Source: a virus
Strand: one strand, 5' to 3'
Virus record (IMG/VR): IMGVR_UViG_3300048838_001413
Location: 4,836 to 68,835 of that record
Length of the DNA: 64,000 bases
Shown: in pieces, positions 17,414-28,100 of the stretch
Layout: each line of letters starts with the position of its first letter
Position numbering within the stretch: the stretch's first letter is position 1
Position numbers and translations under genes: made by a program
Notes under the pieces: generated by a model
What the model was told of the DNA's origin: nothing
The model's input: the letters and a program-made list of their open reading frames with translations, nothing else
Databases searched by the model: none

Positions 17414-18174
17414 AAGTTCTGTAATTGACGATAAAGCTTTTGCAATTTGGGGTTGAGCCTGATGTCGTTCTGTTCGTTTTCGGGAAAAATAAACCCGCGT
17501 TCGTCGAGTACACGATAATGCTTTCCGTATTTGAGGTCAAGCCCGTTTGCCCACGCCAGCTGACGTCTTTTGAGGTTTTCGATACGGTTTCGGATTGGTT
17601 TACCGGCATTCATTTCGAAGATGCAGCCACCTTTGTCGAAGTAATTCTTTTCGTTATCGATTAGGATTTTGTCGGGTTTAATGACAATTTCGTGGCTATA
17701 CTTTGCAATGAAAGTGCGAATGCTGTTATCGCGATAAAACAGGTTTCTGCGGAAAGGATTAACCGGGGTATCCGGATTGAGGCGACTGTATTGGAGCAGC
17801 GTGTCGGGTTTTGTATGGTAGAAGGTGATTTGCTGCATTGATACCGAGTTATACCCTAAAATGTTAGCCAGGACTGTCATTTGGGGTATTGTTATTCTTT
17901 CGGTAACAAAGAACATATCCATGCCGGCATAAATGAACCATTTGGGTCTATCGATGTGAATTTGCAGGGTCATGGCCTCGAGCAGGGGTGTGAGGTGAAA
18001 TGCGCCATCGGTATCGATAGAAATGTGCCTGATGTTGTTTTTTTCGAGGTATTCTTTGGTACCATCGGTGCTCATGTTGTCGATAACGAACATTTCGATT
18101 CGCTGCTGATTGCACCACTGGTGCTGAAGCGGCAGGAGGTTAATTTCGTTGTAAGCGAGGAAGTATGCAATCAT
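17410..18174 (-). CDS. Glycosyltransferase family 2-like protein
   Basis: YNE...VIDNMSTDGT motif. Confidence 0.75.
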   Translation of the reverse strand: MIAYFLAYNEINLLPLQHQWCNQQRIEMFVIDNMSTDGTKEYLEKNNIRHISIDTDGAFHLTPLLEAMTLQIHIDRPKWFIYAGMDMFFVTERITIPQMTVLANILGYNSVSMQQITFYHTKPDTLLQYSRLNPDTPVNPFRRNLFYRDNSIRTFIAKYSHEIVIKPDKILIDNEKNYFDKGGCIFEMNAGKPIRNRIENLKRRQLAWANGLDLKYGKHYRVLDERGFIFPENEQNDIRLNPKLQKLYRQLQNL

Positions 18175-19292
18175 GGCCGTAAAGCGTTATAAGTTGAAAG
18201 ATACTGTTTGAGGTATAAAGGGTTTTTGGCTTTTGCAAAAACTCTTTCCATGAAAATACCATCGGCCTGATATAGATCGAGCCTCCACCGGGTATCTCCA
18301 ATGAGGCTGAGATCCATAATGGCGTTTCCTGAGTCGATATGATTTACTTTGACGGTTCCGCCGATACGGTGGGAGCCATCGGTATTCTGCTGGTCGAAGT
18401 GGATGAAGTCGTTTTTAAGCCCGTTGATTGTTTTGTACAGATCGGGGTGCATGAGGGTATCATCGTCGAGGAAGTAAACGAAGTTTTTGTACTTTTTATC
18501 GGGCGGTGATTTGGTAATGAGGTCGAGTGCGAAATTACGCTGGCCGTTTCCTGACGAGCTTTTGTCTTTAAACCAATACGCTTCAGCGCTTTTGGGTATA
18601 TTAACCAGGTCGGAAGGTTGTTTGTGGGCATCAATAACCACGATCCATCGGAACATGCGCCAGGGGATATTAATACTTTCGGCGATTTTAGCGAGGTTAT
18701 TGAGCCTGGAGCAAGGAGTGATGATATTGATAAAGCTATGATATCCGAGGTGAGCGCGATAATTATAACCTTCGCCGAGCCTGCAGTAATGCAGCACATA
18801 AATTCCGCGCATAAGCAGAATGGGCAGGTTTTGTGCGTGCAGTGCTTTTCCGATTGCTGTATCGACGGCTTCGATGGTTTCGTGCCGGGTTCGGTGCAGC
18901 ACATTATCGCGGATTTTTAACCAGGTATTTTTTTGGATAACCATGAGGTGCCCGGTGATGTTTCCGGATAAGGGTTTGACCTCGAATTTGAAATCGCGGG
19001 CATGGTTATCGGCCACTTTTTTATGAAACAATATATCGGCAGAGTTCTGATCACCATCTCTGGGGATAATGTAATGATAGTGGCAGCGGGAGGCATAGCA
19101 AGTGAACATGCCTGTATCGGGAAACTTATTGATGTACTCCTGAATGTGATGTCCGAAGTCGGCACGAAGGAAAGCGATGTCGCCATCCATAATGGCGAGC
19201 CAGTCGTTATCGTTTGGTAAACGGTTGAATTCCTGATCGTAAGCCAGTGCAAGTTTCTTATCGAAAGCGTAAGGCGTTGAGAAATAAAGCAT
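18171..19292 (-). CDS. Two-domain GT-A fold glycosyltransferase
   Basis: N-domain WLAIMDGD; C-domain IITPCSR...GQRNFALD...VYFLDDD. Confidence 0.75.
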   Translation of the reverse strand: MLYFSTPYAFDKKLALAYDQEFNRLPNDNDWLAIMDGDIAFLRADFGHHIQEYINKFPDTGMFTCYASRCHYHYIIPRDGDQNSADILFHKKVADNHARDFKFEVKPLSGNITGHLMVIQKNTWLKIRDNVLHRTRHETIEAVDTAIGKALHAQNLPILLMRGIYVLHYCRLGEGYNYRAHLGYHSFINIITPCSRLNNLAKIAESINIPWRMFRWIVVIDAHKQPSDLVNIPKSAEAYWFKDKSSSGNGQRNFALDLITKSPPDKKYKNFVYFLDDDTLMHPDLYKTINGLKNDFIHFDQQNTDGSHRIGGTVKVNHIDSGNAIMDLSLIGDTRWRLDLYQADGIFMERVFAKAKNPLYLKQYLSTYNALRP

Positions 19293-19312
19293 ATATAAAT
19301 CAATTGGTTAAG

Positions 19313-19348
19313 CGAATGTAGTATGGACGTAAAAGAAAGAAAAGGACA
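19313..19348 (-). promoter_or_regulatory. Late promoter motif for the GT/terminase operon
   Basis: TGTCCTTT-N20-TACATTCG. Confidence 0.7.
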
Positions 19349-19371
19349 GACGGAAAGGGCTAAAAACGCAA

Positions 19372-19393
19372 CAAGCCCCGGTTAGGGGGCTTG
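19372..19393 (-). terminator. Hairpin or terminator after 19419..19838
   Basis: CAAGCCCC-N6-GGGGCTTG. Confidence 0.55.
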
Positions 19394-19418
19394 CAGATCG
19401 GATAGTTGAGGGCAGGGT

Positions 19419-19838
19419 TTAATAGTAGGGAATAGACAAGAGATTGGTGAGGTGAGGCAGCTCGTTGATAGAACAACTATATACCCAGGCTCGAGGTGCA
19501 TGTACATCGACTGTTTCGTTCAGGTAGTTCTGATTATAAGATAGCAAGAGCAATTTGTTATCCTTATCAGGGGGTTTAACAGCGACAAACAAAAACGCGG
19601 GTTGAGTTTCGCGGAAACTGAATACAGCTGCATAAACAGGCTCAATCGTTTGATCGGCCACAAGATTTGGTGCCTGACTTGTGAAAACAAAGTCGGTTGT
19701 CGAATCGAAGTCAATATCGACATTAACCTGAATTCCAGGCGGTGCTTTTCCCAGGTTTGAATACTCAACCTGATTGGCGACGGCGCAAGTTCCAACAAAA
19801 ATGAGAATCATTGCTAAAAATCCGAACACTCTTTGCAT
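19419..19838 (-). CDS. Putative exported protein (start MQRVFGF)
   Basis: Signal-peptide-like N-terminus downstream of a late promoter motif. Confidence 0.55.
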   Translation of the reverse strand: MQRVFGFLAMILIFVGTCAVANQVEYSNLGKAPPGIQVNVDIDFDSTTDFVFTSQAPNLVADQTIEPVYAAVFSFRETQPAFLFVAVKPPDKDNKLLLLSYNQNYLNETVDVHAPRAWVYSCSINELPHLTNLLSIPYY

Positions 19839-19879
19839 GGTTTTTCTTTTTAGATTAATAAATGGGTGAATAAGTGAAG

Positions 19880-19915
19880 CAAATATATAGAGAGTAGTAT
19901 GGATGTGAAAGGACA
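19880..19915 (-). promoter_or_regulatory. Late promoter motif
   Basis: TGTCCTTT-N20-TATATTTG. Confidence 0.7.
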
Positions 19916-19934
19916 GATAACAGCGGGAAAAGAT

Positions 19935-19962
19935 GAAGCCCCGCTGGGAGAGGCGGGGCTTC
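19935..19962 (-). terminator. Hairpin or terminator ending the capsid operon
   Basis: GAAGCCCCGC-N8-GCGGGGCTTC. Confidence 0.55.
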
Positions 19963-19990
19963 GGGCGCAAACTGAGAAACGGGATCCGGA

Positions 19991-20344
19991 TTAAAGATGA
20001 TTTGAGCGACGATTTTTTTTATTACCGCGGGGGCTTTTGATTTTATCAGTACCGGGAACGGTTTTTATTTTTTCTTCGATATATTCATCAGTGTTGGAGG
20101 CACTATCACAGGGATCATCAGTTTGCTTTTGGGTATCTTCCTGATCGTTTGAATTATCGGGAGCGACACCATAGAATTCGGTTAATCCGAGCGGGGTCGG
20201 TTGCAGATAGATGCAGTTATTTTCAAAGAGTTCTTTAACCAGCTGAAGGTCAAGATTTGGGTTAGCAAAGTCGATACGTCCATGTTTCGGGAAGATAACG
20301 GGACCCGGAACAATTCCGACGACTTTAAAATATTTCTGCCACAT
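19991..20344 (-). CDS. Hypothetical structural-module protein
   Basis: 117 aa in the capsid operon. Confidence 0.65.
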   Translation of the reverse strand: MWQKYFKVVGIVPGPVIFPKHGRIDFANPNLDLQLVKELFENNCIYLQPTPLGLTEFYGVAPDNSNDQEDTQKQTDDPCDSASNTDEYIEEKIKTVPGTDKIKSPRGNKKNRRSNHL

Positions 20345-20355
20345 GGTTACAAGGA

Positions 20356-20916
20356 TTATACTCCACTACCGCTTGAAGCGATTGTGAGGGGCACGGTTCC
20401 GGTGTAAGCGAGGATGTTGGAAGTTTTGTAAGTAAATTCCATACCTACACCCCTTCTGGCAGCGGTTTCTTTACCTGTACCTGCACCTTCGGCATCGCTT
20501 TCGAGGGTAGCGGGACGGATGGCATCACCGAGGAGGAACATCTGGCCGTTGTTATCGGGTACGATAAAGACCATGTTTTCGTTTTTGGTGGCGTTGCGGA
20601 AACCAAGGATTTTCTCGAGTAAGCCAGGGTGGAAAAGGCGGAGGTGCATCACGAAAGATTTACCATCTTTTTCGCCTACAGTTTCCATTTGAAGTTCACC
20701 GGTATCGTCGGTGATGTACATTTCAAACATTCTTTTGCCAGGCTTCATGGTAATATTTCCGGTTAAGGCTCCGAGTGCCTCGAGGTCAGCAGCTTCGGTA
20801 GTTGGTTTTGTCGGCCATGTTGCAACATCGGCATGAAGTCCGAAGTACAGCTTTTGAGCGATACCGCCCATGTTTTCGCCGTTGATAAGGTTTTTGTTTA
20901 TGTCCTGAAAGTTCAT
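20356..20916 (-). CDS. Putative major tail (tube) protein
   Basis: 186 aa, beta-rich, follows the capsid gene; assigned from position and composition. Confidence 0.5.
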   Translation of the reverse strand: MNFQDINKNLINGENMGGIAQKLYFGLHADVATWPTKPTTEAADLEALGALTGNITMKPGKRMFEMYITDDTGELQMETVGEKDGKSFVMHLRLFHPGLLEKILGFRNATKNENMVFIVPDNNGQMFLLGDAIRPATLESDAEGAGTGKETAARRGVGMEFTYKTSNILAYTGTVPLTIASSGSGV

Positions 20917-21001
20917 GGTAGATTGATGTTAGGATTGTTTGAGTTTTTAATTTTGAGAACCGGGCGGTTTTCAGGCCGCCCGTTTTCCCGAGAGAATCAG
21001 A

Positions 21002-21982
21002 TTATAAACTTCCAGATCCAGCCGGTCTGAGATTCGTCCAAACGGCAGCATCCATCCCGAAACCAATACCTTCCCACCAGTCAGCCATAAGGAAAACCGA
21101 ACGTTTGGATTCCTCGATGTTGAATTTGGTTTTGTTTTCACCTTTTTTGGTAAGGTGAATAAGGTTGGCTTTAGGGGTAGCAAAAATAACATCTGAGCCA
21201 GAAAGAGAAGGCAGGGGAACGATTTGTTGCGGGGTGAAGTCAATTGCACCAGTGATGCCTTTTTTAATATCACCTTCGCCGGCGAAAGAGTAGAACCCTT
21301 GCACCCTTTTATCGCGGTGGTAATATTTAGCCCATTTAGGTGACATATGAACGTTCATTGCAACATTCTGATAAATTTCGGAAATACCGTCAACGAAAAG
21401 TTCAACCTGATCGAAGATGGAATCTTTGTCAAGCGCACCGATGTTAACGGAGTTGATGGTTTCACCATTTACTCCCTGCTGAAGGAGATAGATAATACCA
21501 TTCATAGAGTTACCGGTAATGCCGGCAGCATTTGGGGTGGGTTCAATAAACACACCGTTACCGTATTCTTTCAGCTCCATGTCGCGGTTGATGGCGGCAA
21601 TGTAACCCTGTTCGGGATGCTCGATAAGGAATTTAACGATGGGCCAATCTTTGCGAGTGACTGAACCACTTGCAAGGAATCCAAGCCATGTGGCTTCGAT
21701 GTCGTCGGGATCGATTTCTTCGTCGATCTTCATCTTGTAAAGACGAAGTTCGTTGGCGGTGAACGATGCAGGGTTTTTGGGAGTCCAACCTTTCTGGAAA
21801 GACTGCACGATGTTACCCATTACGAGTTTACCGAGTTTGAATACGGTATCGTCGGTTTTTACGGCAGTGCAAAAGCCCGGGGTAACAAGCCCCTGGGTAA
21901 GCATACCAAGAATCCGCGCTTTGTTTTGACCAGCCTGTTCGTAGTAGGCTCCGTATTCGGTGATGATGTCAGCGATGTTCAT
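21002..21982 (-). CDS. Major capsid protein
   Basis: 326 aa directly after the Clp protease/scaffold gene; HK97-like size. Confidence 0.75.
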   Translation of the reverse strand: MNIADIITEYGAYYEQAGQNKARILGMLTQGLVTPGFCTAVKTDDTVFKLGKLVMGNIVQSFQKGWTPKNPASFTANELRLYKMKIDEEIDPDDIEATWLGFLASGSVTRKDWPIVKFLIEHPEQGYIAAINRDMELKEYGNGVFIEPTPNAAGITGNSMNGIIYLLQQGVNGETINSVNIGALDKDSIFDQVELFVDGISEIYQNVAMNVHMSPKWAKYYHRDKRVQGFYSFAGEGDIKKGITGAIDFTPQQIVPLPSLSGSDVIFATPKANLIHLTKKGENKTKFNIEESKRSVFLMADWWEGIGFGMDAAVWTNLRPAGSGSL

Positions 21983-22038
21983 TTTGGAAGATTGTTTAGG
22001 TTAACGAGAAGAGTATCTGAGAGGTGAAAGAGAGATTT

Positions 22039-23244
22039 TTATTTTAGAGCAAATTGCTGATTGTGTGGCAGTTTGTCGATGGTATTCCAATCGACATCGT
22101 TGGAAGAAGTGTGGGGATCCTGAGTGCTCATGTTTCCGATAGGATTGTCGCCTGGTTTGCTGGCGATGATCTGCCTTATGGCAACGACTTTTTCGGAGAA
22201 TGTGGCAGCTGCGGCAACAGATTCGTGGATTGCATCGATGGCAGTATTGTTTTCGGCCATTTCGGTATTAATCCGCTGAGCTTCGGTTCTTTCGGTTTCG
22301 ACATTTTGCTGAGCGGTGGTGAGTTCGTTGGCGATTCTGGTGATTTCGGCATCGCGCAGGGCGATGGTGGAATTTGCAGTACCAAGGTCGTCGTTGGCGG
22401 TACCAAGGTCGGCCTGAGCCTGAGCGAGGTTGTCGGTAGCGATTTTCAGTTCGTTGGTAAAGCGGAGGATTTCGGTATTGTGGAAATTTCCTTTGTCGTT
22501 GATGGTTTGCAGTTGCTCGAGGGATAAGAATACACCATCGGCAGAGCTTTCAATGCCTTCAAAGCCAAGAAGATCATTGATAAAATTAAAATTTGTGTTC
22601 ATAACGGGAGGAGATTTTTGTACGGGGTTGGATTGATTTTTACGAGTTGGTGAGGGAAGTCCACAAGCAGTAATCATGGCAACCCTTGATAAATCATTTA
22701 AGAAGTTGGTTTGAGAACCTGACATGGTTTTGATTTCGTGGACGAAGCCCCATTCGAGGGCTTCATCGGCGGTAAGCCATGTACTTTGTTTCATAAGGTC
22801 GAGTAAATCTTTGATAGGTTTACCGGTAGCGCCAGCATAAATTTTGGCTATCTGCAGGGTCATTTTGGCATTTTCGTTTTTTTCTTTTTCGAGGCGCTGT
22901 ATAAGCGCATCGATATCATCTTCGTTCATGTAACCGAACTCGTCGATCCATGACATTGCTTTGTGAACGAGGAAAAAAGCGTTGGAGGATATTACACGTT
23001 TTTTCGCACCCATAGGAAATATGGTAGCGGCAGAAGCGCTGAAGCCGCTAAAAAACACAGACACATTTCCGTGTAATGCGAATTTATCGAGCATCGCGAG
23101 TGCATCGTCGAGTTTACCACCGAGCGAGCTGACGGTACAATCGACTTCATCACCATCGTGACCATCGAGCATCTGGTTGAGCCACTGTTTAGAGTAGCCC
23201 CAGGATCCTATGAATCCATCTATATTGAGCGATAATTTAGCCAT
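22039..23244 (-). CDS. ClpP-like prohead protease with C-terminal scaffold coiled coil
   Basis: SLGG, SASAAT, FLVHKA, TWLTADEALEWGFV motifs. Confidence 0.9.
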   Translation of the reverse strand: MAKLSLNIDGFIGSWGYSKQWLNQMLDGHDGDEVDCTVSSLGGKLDDALAMLDKFALHGNVSVFFSGFSASAATIFPMGAKKRVISSNAFFLVHKAMSWIDEFGYMNEDDIDALIQRLEKEKNENAKMTLQIAKIYAGATGKPIKDLLDLMKQSTWLTADEALEWGFVHEIKTMSGSQTNFLNDLSRVAMITACGLPSPTRKNQSNPVQKSPPVMNTNFNFINDLLGFEGIESSADGVFLSLEQLQTINDKGNFHNTEILRFTNELKIATDNLAQAQADLGTANDDLGTANSTIALRDAEITRIANELTTAQQNVETERTEAQRINTEMAENNTAIDAIHESVAAAATFSEKVVAIRQIIASKPGDNPIGNMSTQDPHTSSNDVDWNTIDKLPHNQQFALK

Positions 23245-23260
23245 TGCTGTAAATTTTCAG

Positions 23261-23296
23261 CAAATAACGCATAAGGTTAATAATATAAAAAGGACA
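23261..23296 (-). promoter_or_regulatory. Late promoter motif for the head operon
   Basis: TGTCCTTT-N20-GTTATTTG. Confidence 0.65.
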
Positions 23297-23319
23297 AAAA
23301 GCGCTATAAATCAGCTGAA

Positions 23320-23763
23320 TCAGAACGATTGAGCAATGTTGGGCATAGATTTATAGGGCAATTCACCAACAAACATAATGTCGTAACCCGGTTTGTCGGT
23401 ATTGAAGTCGCCGGTGAAAGAGAGTGCGTTTTCTTTATCACCAAGACGAATCCATGTGTTTTCGTCGGTTAACAAGAGGAGAACCACGTTGGGCACCGAG
23501 ATTTCGCTGAGGGCTGAATCGTTGTTGTTGTTGTAGCCCTGAAGCCTTGCAGAAACGGTGTGTTCGTAGAATTTACCGTTTTCGTTTTCGATATGCCTGG
23601 CTTCATGATTGATAGAATCTATTGAACACTGAATAAGGTACACATTGTTATTTGAAATAACATTGACCTGATTGCTTTCGATAGAAACGATGTTTGATGT
23701 CGGGATTACGATTAATTTAACGTAACCGGGCAACAGTTCCGAGTTTTTAGTTATTGTTTTCAT
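23320..23763 (-). CDS. Hypothetical protein
   Basis: 147 aa ORF. Confidence 0.7.
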   Translation of the reverse strand: MKTITKNSELLPGYVKLIVIPTSNIVSIESNQVNVISNNNVYLIQCSIDSINHEARHIENENGKFYEHTVSARLQGYNNNNDSALSEISVPNVVLLLLTDENTWIRLGDKENALSFTGDFNTDKPGYDIMFVGELPYKSMPNIAQSF

Positions 23764-24292
23764 TTGCTAATATATGTGGTGTTTCAATTGTCCCTAATTC
23801 ATACAGGTGTCCCAAAGATTTTTTCTCTAATTCGACCCTGATAATATCAATAATTTTGAGTCTTGAAATATCGGCGTTGCGAAAATAGTCTTTTTTTATT
23901 GAATCGAAAGACCAAATATCTTCGGAAAAGCCAAATTTTTCCTGAAAGGTTCTTATTGCCTGATTCTGAAGCATAACAGAATCGTAAACAGCGACCATTG
24001 ATCTCATAAAGAATTTTGCTTTTGCTTCGACTTCGCGGTGAAAAGCGCGTGCATCGGTGGTCGTAATTTCCCAGCCATAGCGATAGAAGTCGTCCTCAGA
24101 GATAATAATATCGACTTTATCTTTATAAAGCCAAACGGGCACCGGTCTTGATTTTCGTCGGTTTGATTTACGTTGCAATCTTCGGCGAAGATTGTTGTAG
24201 AGTTCCTGGTTCTTTTTGAGATCGACGGGAGATCCGTAATTGAGTTCGAGGAATCGTTTAACGTAAGACTTGCAAGTGATAGATAAGATCAT
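23747..24292 (-). CDS. Hypothetical basic protein, candidate late regulator
   Basis: 181 aa between the replication and head modules; function inferred from position only. Confidence 0.65.
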   Translation of the reverse strand: MILSITCKSYVKRFLELNYGSPVDLKKNQELYNNLRRRLQRKSNRRKSRPVPVWLYKDKVDIIISEDDFYRYGWEITTTDARAFHREVEAKAKFFMRSMVAVYDSVMLQNQAIRTFQEKFGFSEDIWSFDSIKKDYFRNADISRLKIIDIIRVELEKKSLGHLYELGTIETPHILANENNN

Positions 24293-24332
24293 TTTTTTTG
24301 AGTTGAGTGTTAAGTCAAAAAGATGGATAAGT

Positions 24333-24581
24333 TCATGGCAGAGCAGGATCAGGAGGTTTTATGAGTTTAGATTTTTTGAATATCCGAATGAGGCTATTCA
24401 TTTCCATTTGGTTTTTATTTCCGTTGCTTAGGTTTTTGACGGTGTGAATAACATCGTGCGGACCGGGACCGGTGGAATCGGAAGCTACAATACTGTAGCA
24501 AACGCCATCGACTTCGAATTCGTTCTGACCTAACTCAAAAGAGAATATGGCCATATCGTTGCGGATCGTCATAACCATCAT
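24333..24581 (-). CDS. Hypothetical protein
   Basis: 82 aa ORF. Confidence 0.6.
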   Translation of the reverse strand: MMVMTIRNDMAIFSFELGQNEFEVDGVCYSIVASDSTGPGPHDVIHTVKNLSNGNKNQMEMNSLIRIFKKSKLIKPPDPALP

Positions 24582-24584
24582 GGC

Positions 24585-24812
24585 TCAGATGCGATTTGGA
24601 TTGATACGGAGGTAAAGCCACTGAATATTATACCTGCGGCTTGCCGTGAGCTTGCTTTGCTTGTTTTCGATAAGGGAGAAGTGATCGCTGAGCTGCTGAT
24701 AGGATTTAATGCCGATTTCGCTGGTGATAATTTTCTGACGACCCATTGCAGTGAGTTCTCTGAACCTTTTTTCGAATTTTTCGGTACCGGTTGATTTTTT
24801 CTTTTTGGCCAT
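24585..24812 (-). CDS. Hypothetical basic protein
   Basis: 75 aa ORF. Confidence 0.55.
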   Translation of the reverse strand: MAKKKKSTGTEKFEKRFRELTAMGRQKIITSEIGIKSYQQLSDHFSLIENKQSKLTASRRYNIQWLYLRINPNRI

Positions 24813-24892
24813 GGATTCAATTTTTAAGGGGTTAAACGGAGGTGTAATTCACAAAAAAAATAAATATTCACAGGGTTGAGGCTATAAATGCC

Positions 24893-25120
24893 ACCTACAA
24901 TCAACTACACTCAACTACAAGCATTAAAGTGCTAATAAACAGACGACTAACGGAACTACAAAGGACATAAAAGTGTAGCTATTGTAGTTATTTGTAGTTT
25001 TTAAGTTAATTTGTAGTTGAGTGTAGTTGCTTGTAGTTTTGGGCAATGTGGTTGTAGTTTTCATAAGTAGCTGATTTTGTGTTTTTATGGGTTTGTAGTT
25101 GAGTGTAGTTGAGTGTAGCT
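24893..25120. repeat. Iteron-like TGTAG(T/C)T repeat cluster, putative replication origin
   Basis: About 14 copies in inverted and direct orientation, often 10 bp apart, just downstream of the primase gene. Confidence 0.7.
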
Positions 25121-25133
25121 GGGGTTTTTTACT

Positions 25134-28100
25134 TTAAAAAGGTGGTATAATTTCACCGCTTTTGTTAAACAGGTCATTTTGAGGCTGTTGAGTTGTGCCG
25201 GGTAAATTCTGGTTATTTTCGTCGTCAACCTGAGTGGTTATTACATTTATGCCATAATTTTTGACGATGTTTTCGTAATGGAAGGCGTGAGCTGTTGTAA
25301 TCTGCCTTTTTACTTTACCGCTCATATCGAAGTCGGAGCTTTCGCCTTCTTTCATGATAAACGGGCATGATAATTTTTTGCCGAGGTATTCTTTTGAGTT
25401 CATAAGGTAGAACTCGAGGGTTTTGATGGGCAGCACAAAATCGCGGGTAGATGCACCATGCTTACGATACTTCTGAAATATGCGTGTGTGGTTGAGGTAG
25501 ATTACATCGGCCGGAGGGGTAAAGTCGTAGTTTCGTTCACCGATGTTAACTTTGGTTTCGGTTTTAACGAGGAAGTCCACTTTTTCGAGCAGTTCTCTTT
25601 CTTTGACGAGGAAGTTAAATATTTCCCAGAAATTGGCTACATCGTTTGTTTTTTTGGTTTCGGAGTTCTGCCTGAGAATAAGAGGCACTGTCATTTCGAG
25701 CAGGGATTTGAAGGAGAAATTCACGGGCACTTTATCAGCAAGTGTATGGAAAGCGGCGAGAATAATCGCCCAATTGCGGAAGATACGATCTTCGATCACC
25801 TGGTCGTCGAGCAAGCTGTTGATTTGTGTACAAACGAAGTCGTAGCTTTCGAAAAATGTATTTAGGAAGTGTTCGCGATGTGAAAGCACCTGATGTGTAA
25901 GGTGTGTAACGCCGGCATTGAGAATAACCTTCAGGTCGTTGAAGTTTGTTTTTTCGGTGTCGGAGTATTCGGTTTGGTTGAATGTTAGAAATATAAGCCT
26001 TGAAAACAGCGCAATGTCGGCGGTGGGCATTTCCTGACCGGTAAGCATTAAACCTATGTCAACATTGGTGGTTTCTTTTTTCTTGTCTTTTTCCATGTTC
26101 ATGCGTGTACGTCCGGTGCCATCCCAAATGCCTTTGAGGAATTCTATTTTTTCGAACTCGACATTGTTTTTGTATTCGTCGATGTGGCAAAGTGCATTGG
26201 CGTGCTGAGCCACGTGATCGGCGAGGGCAGCTTTTGACGTATTGTTGATGTTTGGTCCTTTTTGGAGTTTACCAAAGAAGTGCAGCATAGAAATTGCCAT
26301 TTCGGTTTTTCCGGCACCTTTTGGACCGAAGAGGTTTAGCACGGGGAAGAATCCGAAACGGTTGGCAATAATATCGCGGTAGCATGTGGCAAGGAAGAAA
26401 CAATATGCTATGCGTGCATTCTGGCCGAAAACGGTTTCGAGTTTAAAAACCACTTCAGCCATGGATATTTGCCCTGGCATGTGAATAAATTTTCGTTCGG
26501 CCACAAAAAGAGAATCTTCGCGTTCGTAAATTTTGGAGAAAGCGGGAATGTAGTAGTTGGTGTCGTGATGTCTGACGATTCCGAATTCGTTTACTTTAGA
26601 GAACTGGCCGTTGTAAATTCCGTTTCCCCACGCCCAAAAACCGTGCTTTTGCCAACCGAGTTGTTTGATTTCGGTGCAGGTTTCTGTTTTTTCGTAGATG
26701 TATCTTTTGAGTTTATTGAGTTCAATTTCGGAAGCCTCCCACAGGAAGTTGCCAAGCGATTCGACCCGGAGCCTGAACGACTGCATACTGACGAGATCCT
26801 TTTGCATGAATTCAATGATCTGAGAATATCCGAATTCATTTTTTATTTCGAACAAGCGTTTTGAATCGATTACGGATTGAACGTGAAACAGTGGTTTCAT
26901 GGTGAAGTTTGAGCCTCTGACAACCCCGTTTTTGGTATTGAAGAAGTACTGATTATCATCTTCGTAGAATCCAAATTTTTCGAAATCATCGGCTTTGACG
27001 AATTCGGGAATTTTGAACCGGTTATCTTCTTTTTTTTCGTCGGGAGCGTTTAGTTTATTGATTTGTTTGAGTTCGTCAGTCCAGGCTTTTTTTGGTTTGA
27101 TGATTGCGCTTACCTGTTCGATATATAGTTCCTGAGTGCTGGATGAAAATTTGCCGATCAGATCGCTGACATAGGCAATGATCTGTTGTTTCTGATCGGG
27201 TTTGCTTGCCAGTGTGGCTTTGTTCTTACAGAACCACAGGATGTAATCGGAGATATTTTGTGCTTCGTATTCATAGAAATCGGTTTTGGCGAAGAAAGAA
27301 TCGGGATCCTCTTTTTTCTCTTTCTCCTTAAACATGGGCAGGGTAATGACATTGACGAATAATCCTGCATTGATGAATTTGACTGCATGATTATCGACTG
27401 CGAGCATACCTGGCGCATCGCCATCGCCTATAATGGTAACACGGGTGCAGTACTTTGCGATAAAGGTTACATGCTGATCGGTTAGCCCGGTGCCGAGGGG
27501 TGCGATTGTGTTGATTGGGCCGACTTCCTGCATACGTATCACATCGGGGTTTCCTTCGACCAGATAGGCATGTTTGGTTTTGCGGATCTCGTTGATGGCG
27601 GTAGTGATTCCGTAAAAAGATTTGCTTTTGCTGTAAATTTCTGTTTCGCGTGAGTTGATGAATTTTGGTGTTTTGGGGTCTTTTTCGTGTGGTGTAACTC
27701 TTCCGGAGAAAGCGATAATGCTTCCGGATTCGTTGGTGATCGGGAACATGATACGGTTTCGGAAAGTGTCGAAGGTTTTATCATTTTTTTGCGAAACAAG
27801 CCCGACGGCCATGAGATCGGCGATATTATGTCCTTTGCTGATTGCGTAGTCGGAGAGCGCCTGCCAACTATCGGGCGCATATCCGATAGACCATTTAACG
27901 ATGATGTCCTCGGAGAATCGTTCCTTTACATAAATGAGGGCATTTTCGTTTTCGGGAAGCCTGAGCTGATCGACAAAGAACTGCTGAGCCATTCTCATAA
28001 TGGAGAAAAGCTTTTCGCGTTTGGCGTTTGCTTCGGGATCGTAAGGAATATCTGATTTCAGATCGATGGTAAGTGCATGGTCTTTTGCAATGGTTTTGCA

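Noticed and set aside
24960-24967. Extra AAAGGACA boxes at 24960 and 12850 as late promoters
   Set aside because: No good -7 box at the 20-21 nt spacing; the 12850 copy overlaps a standard promoter instead
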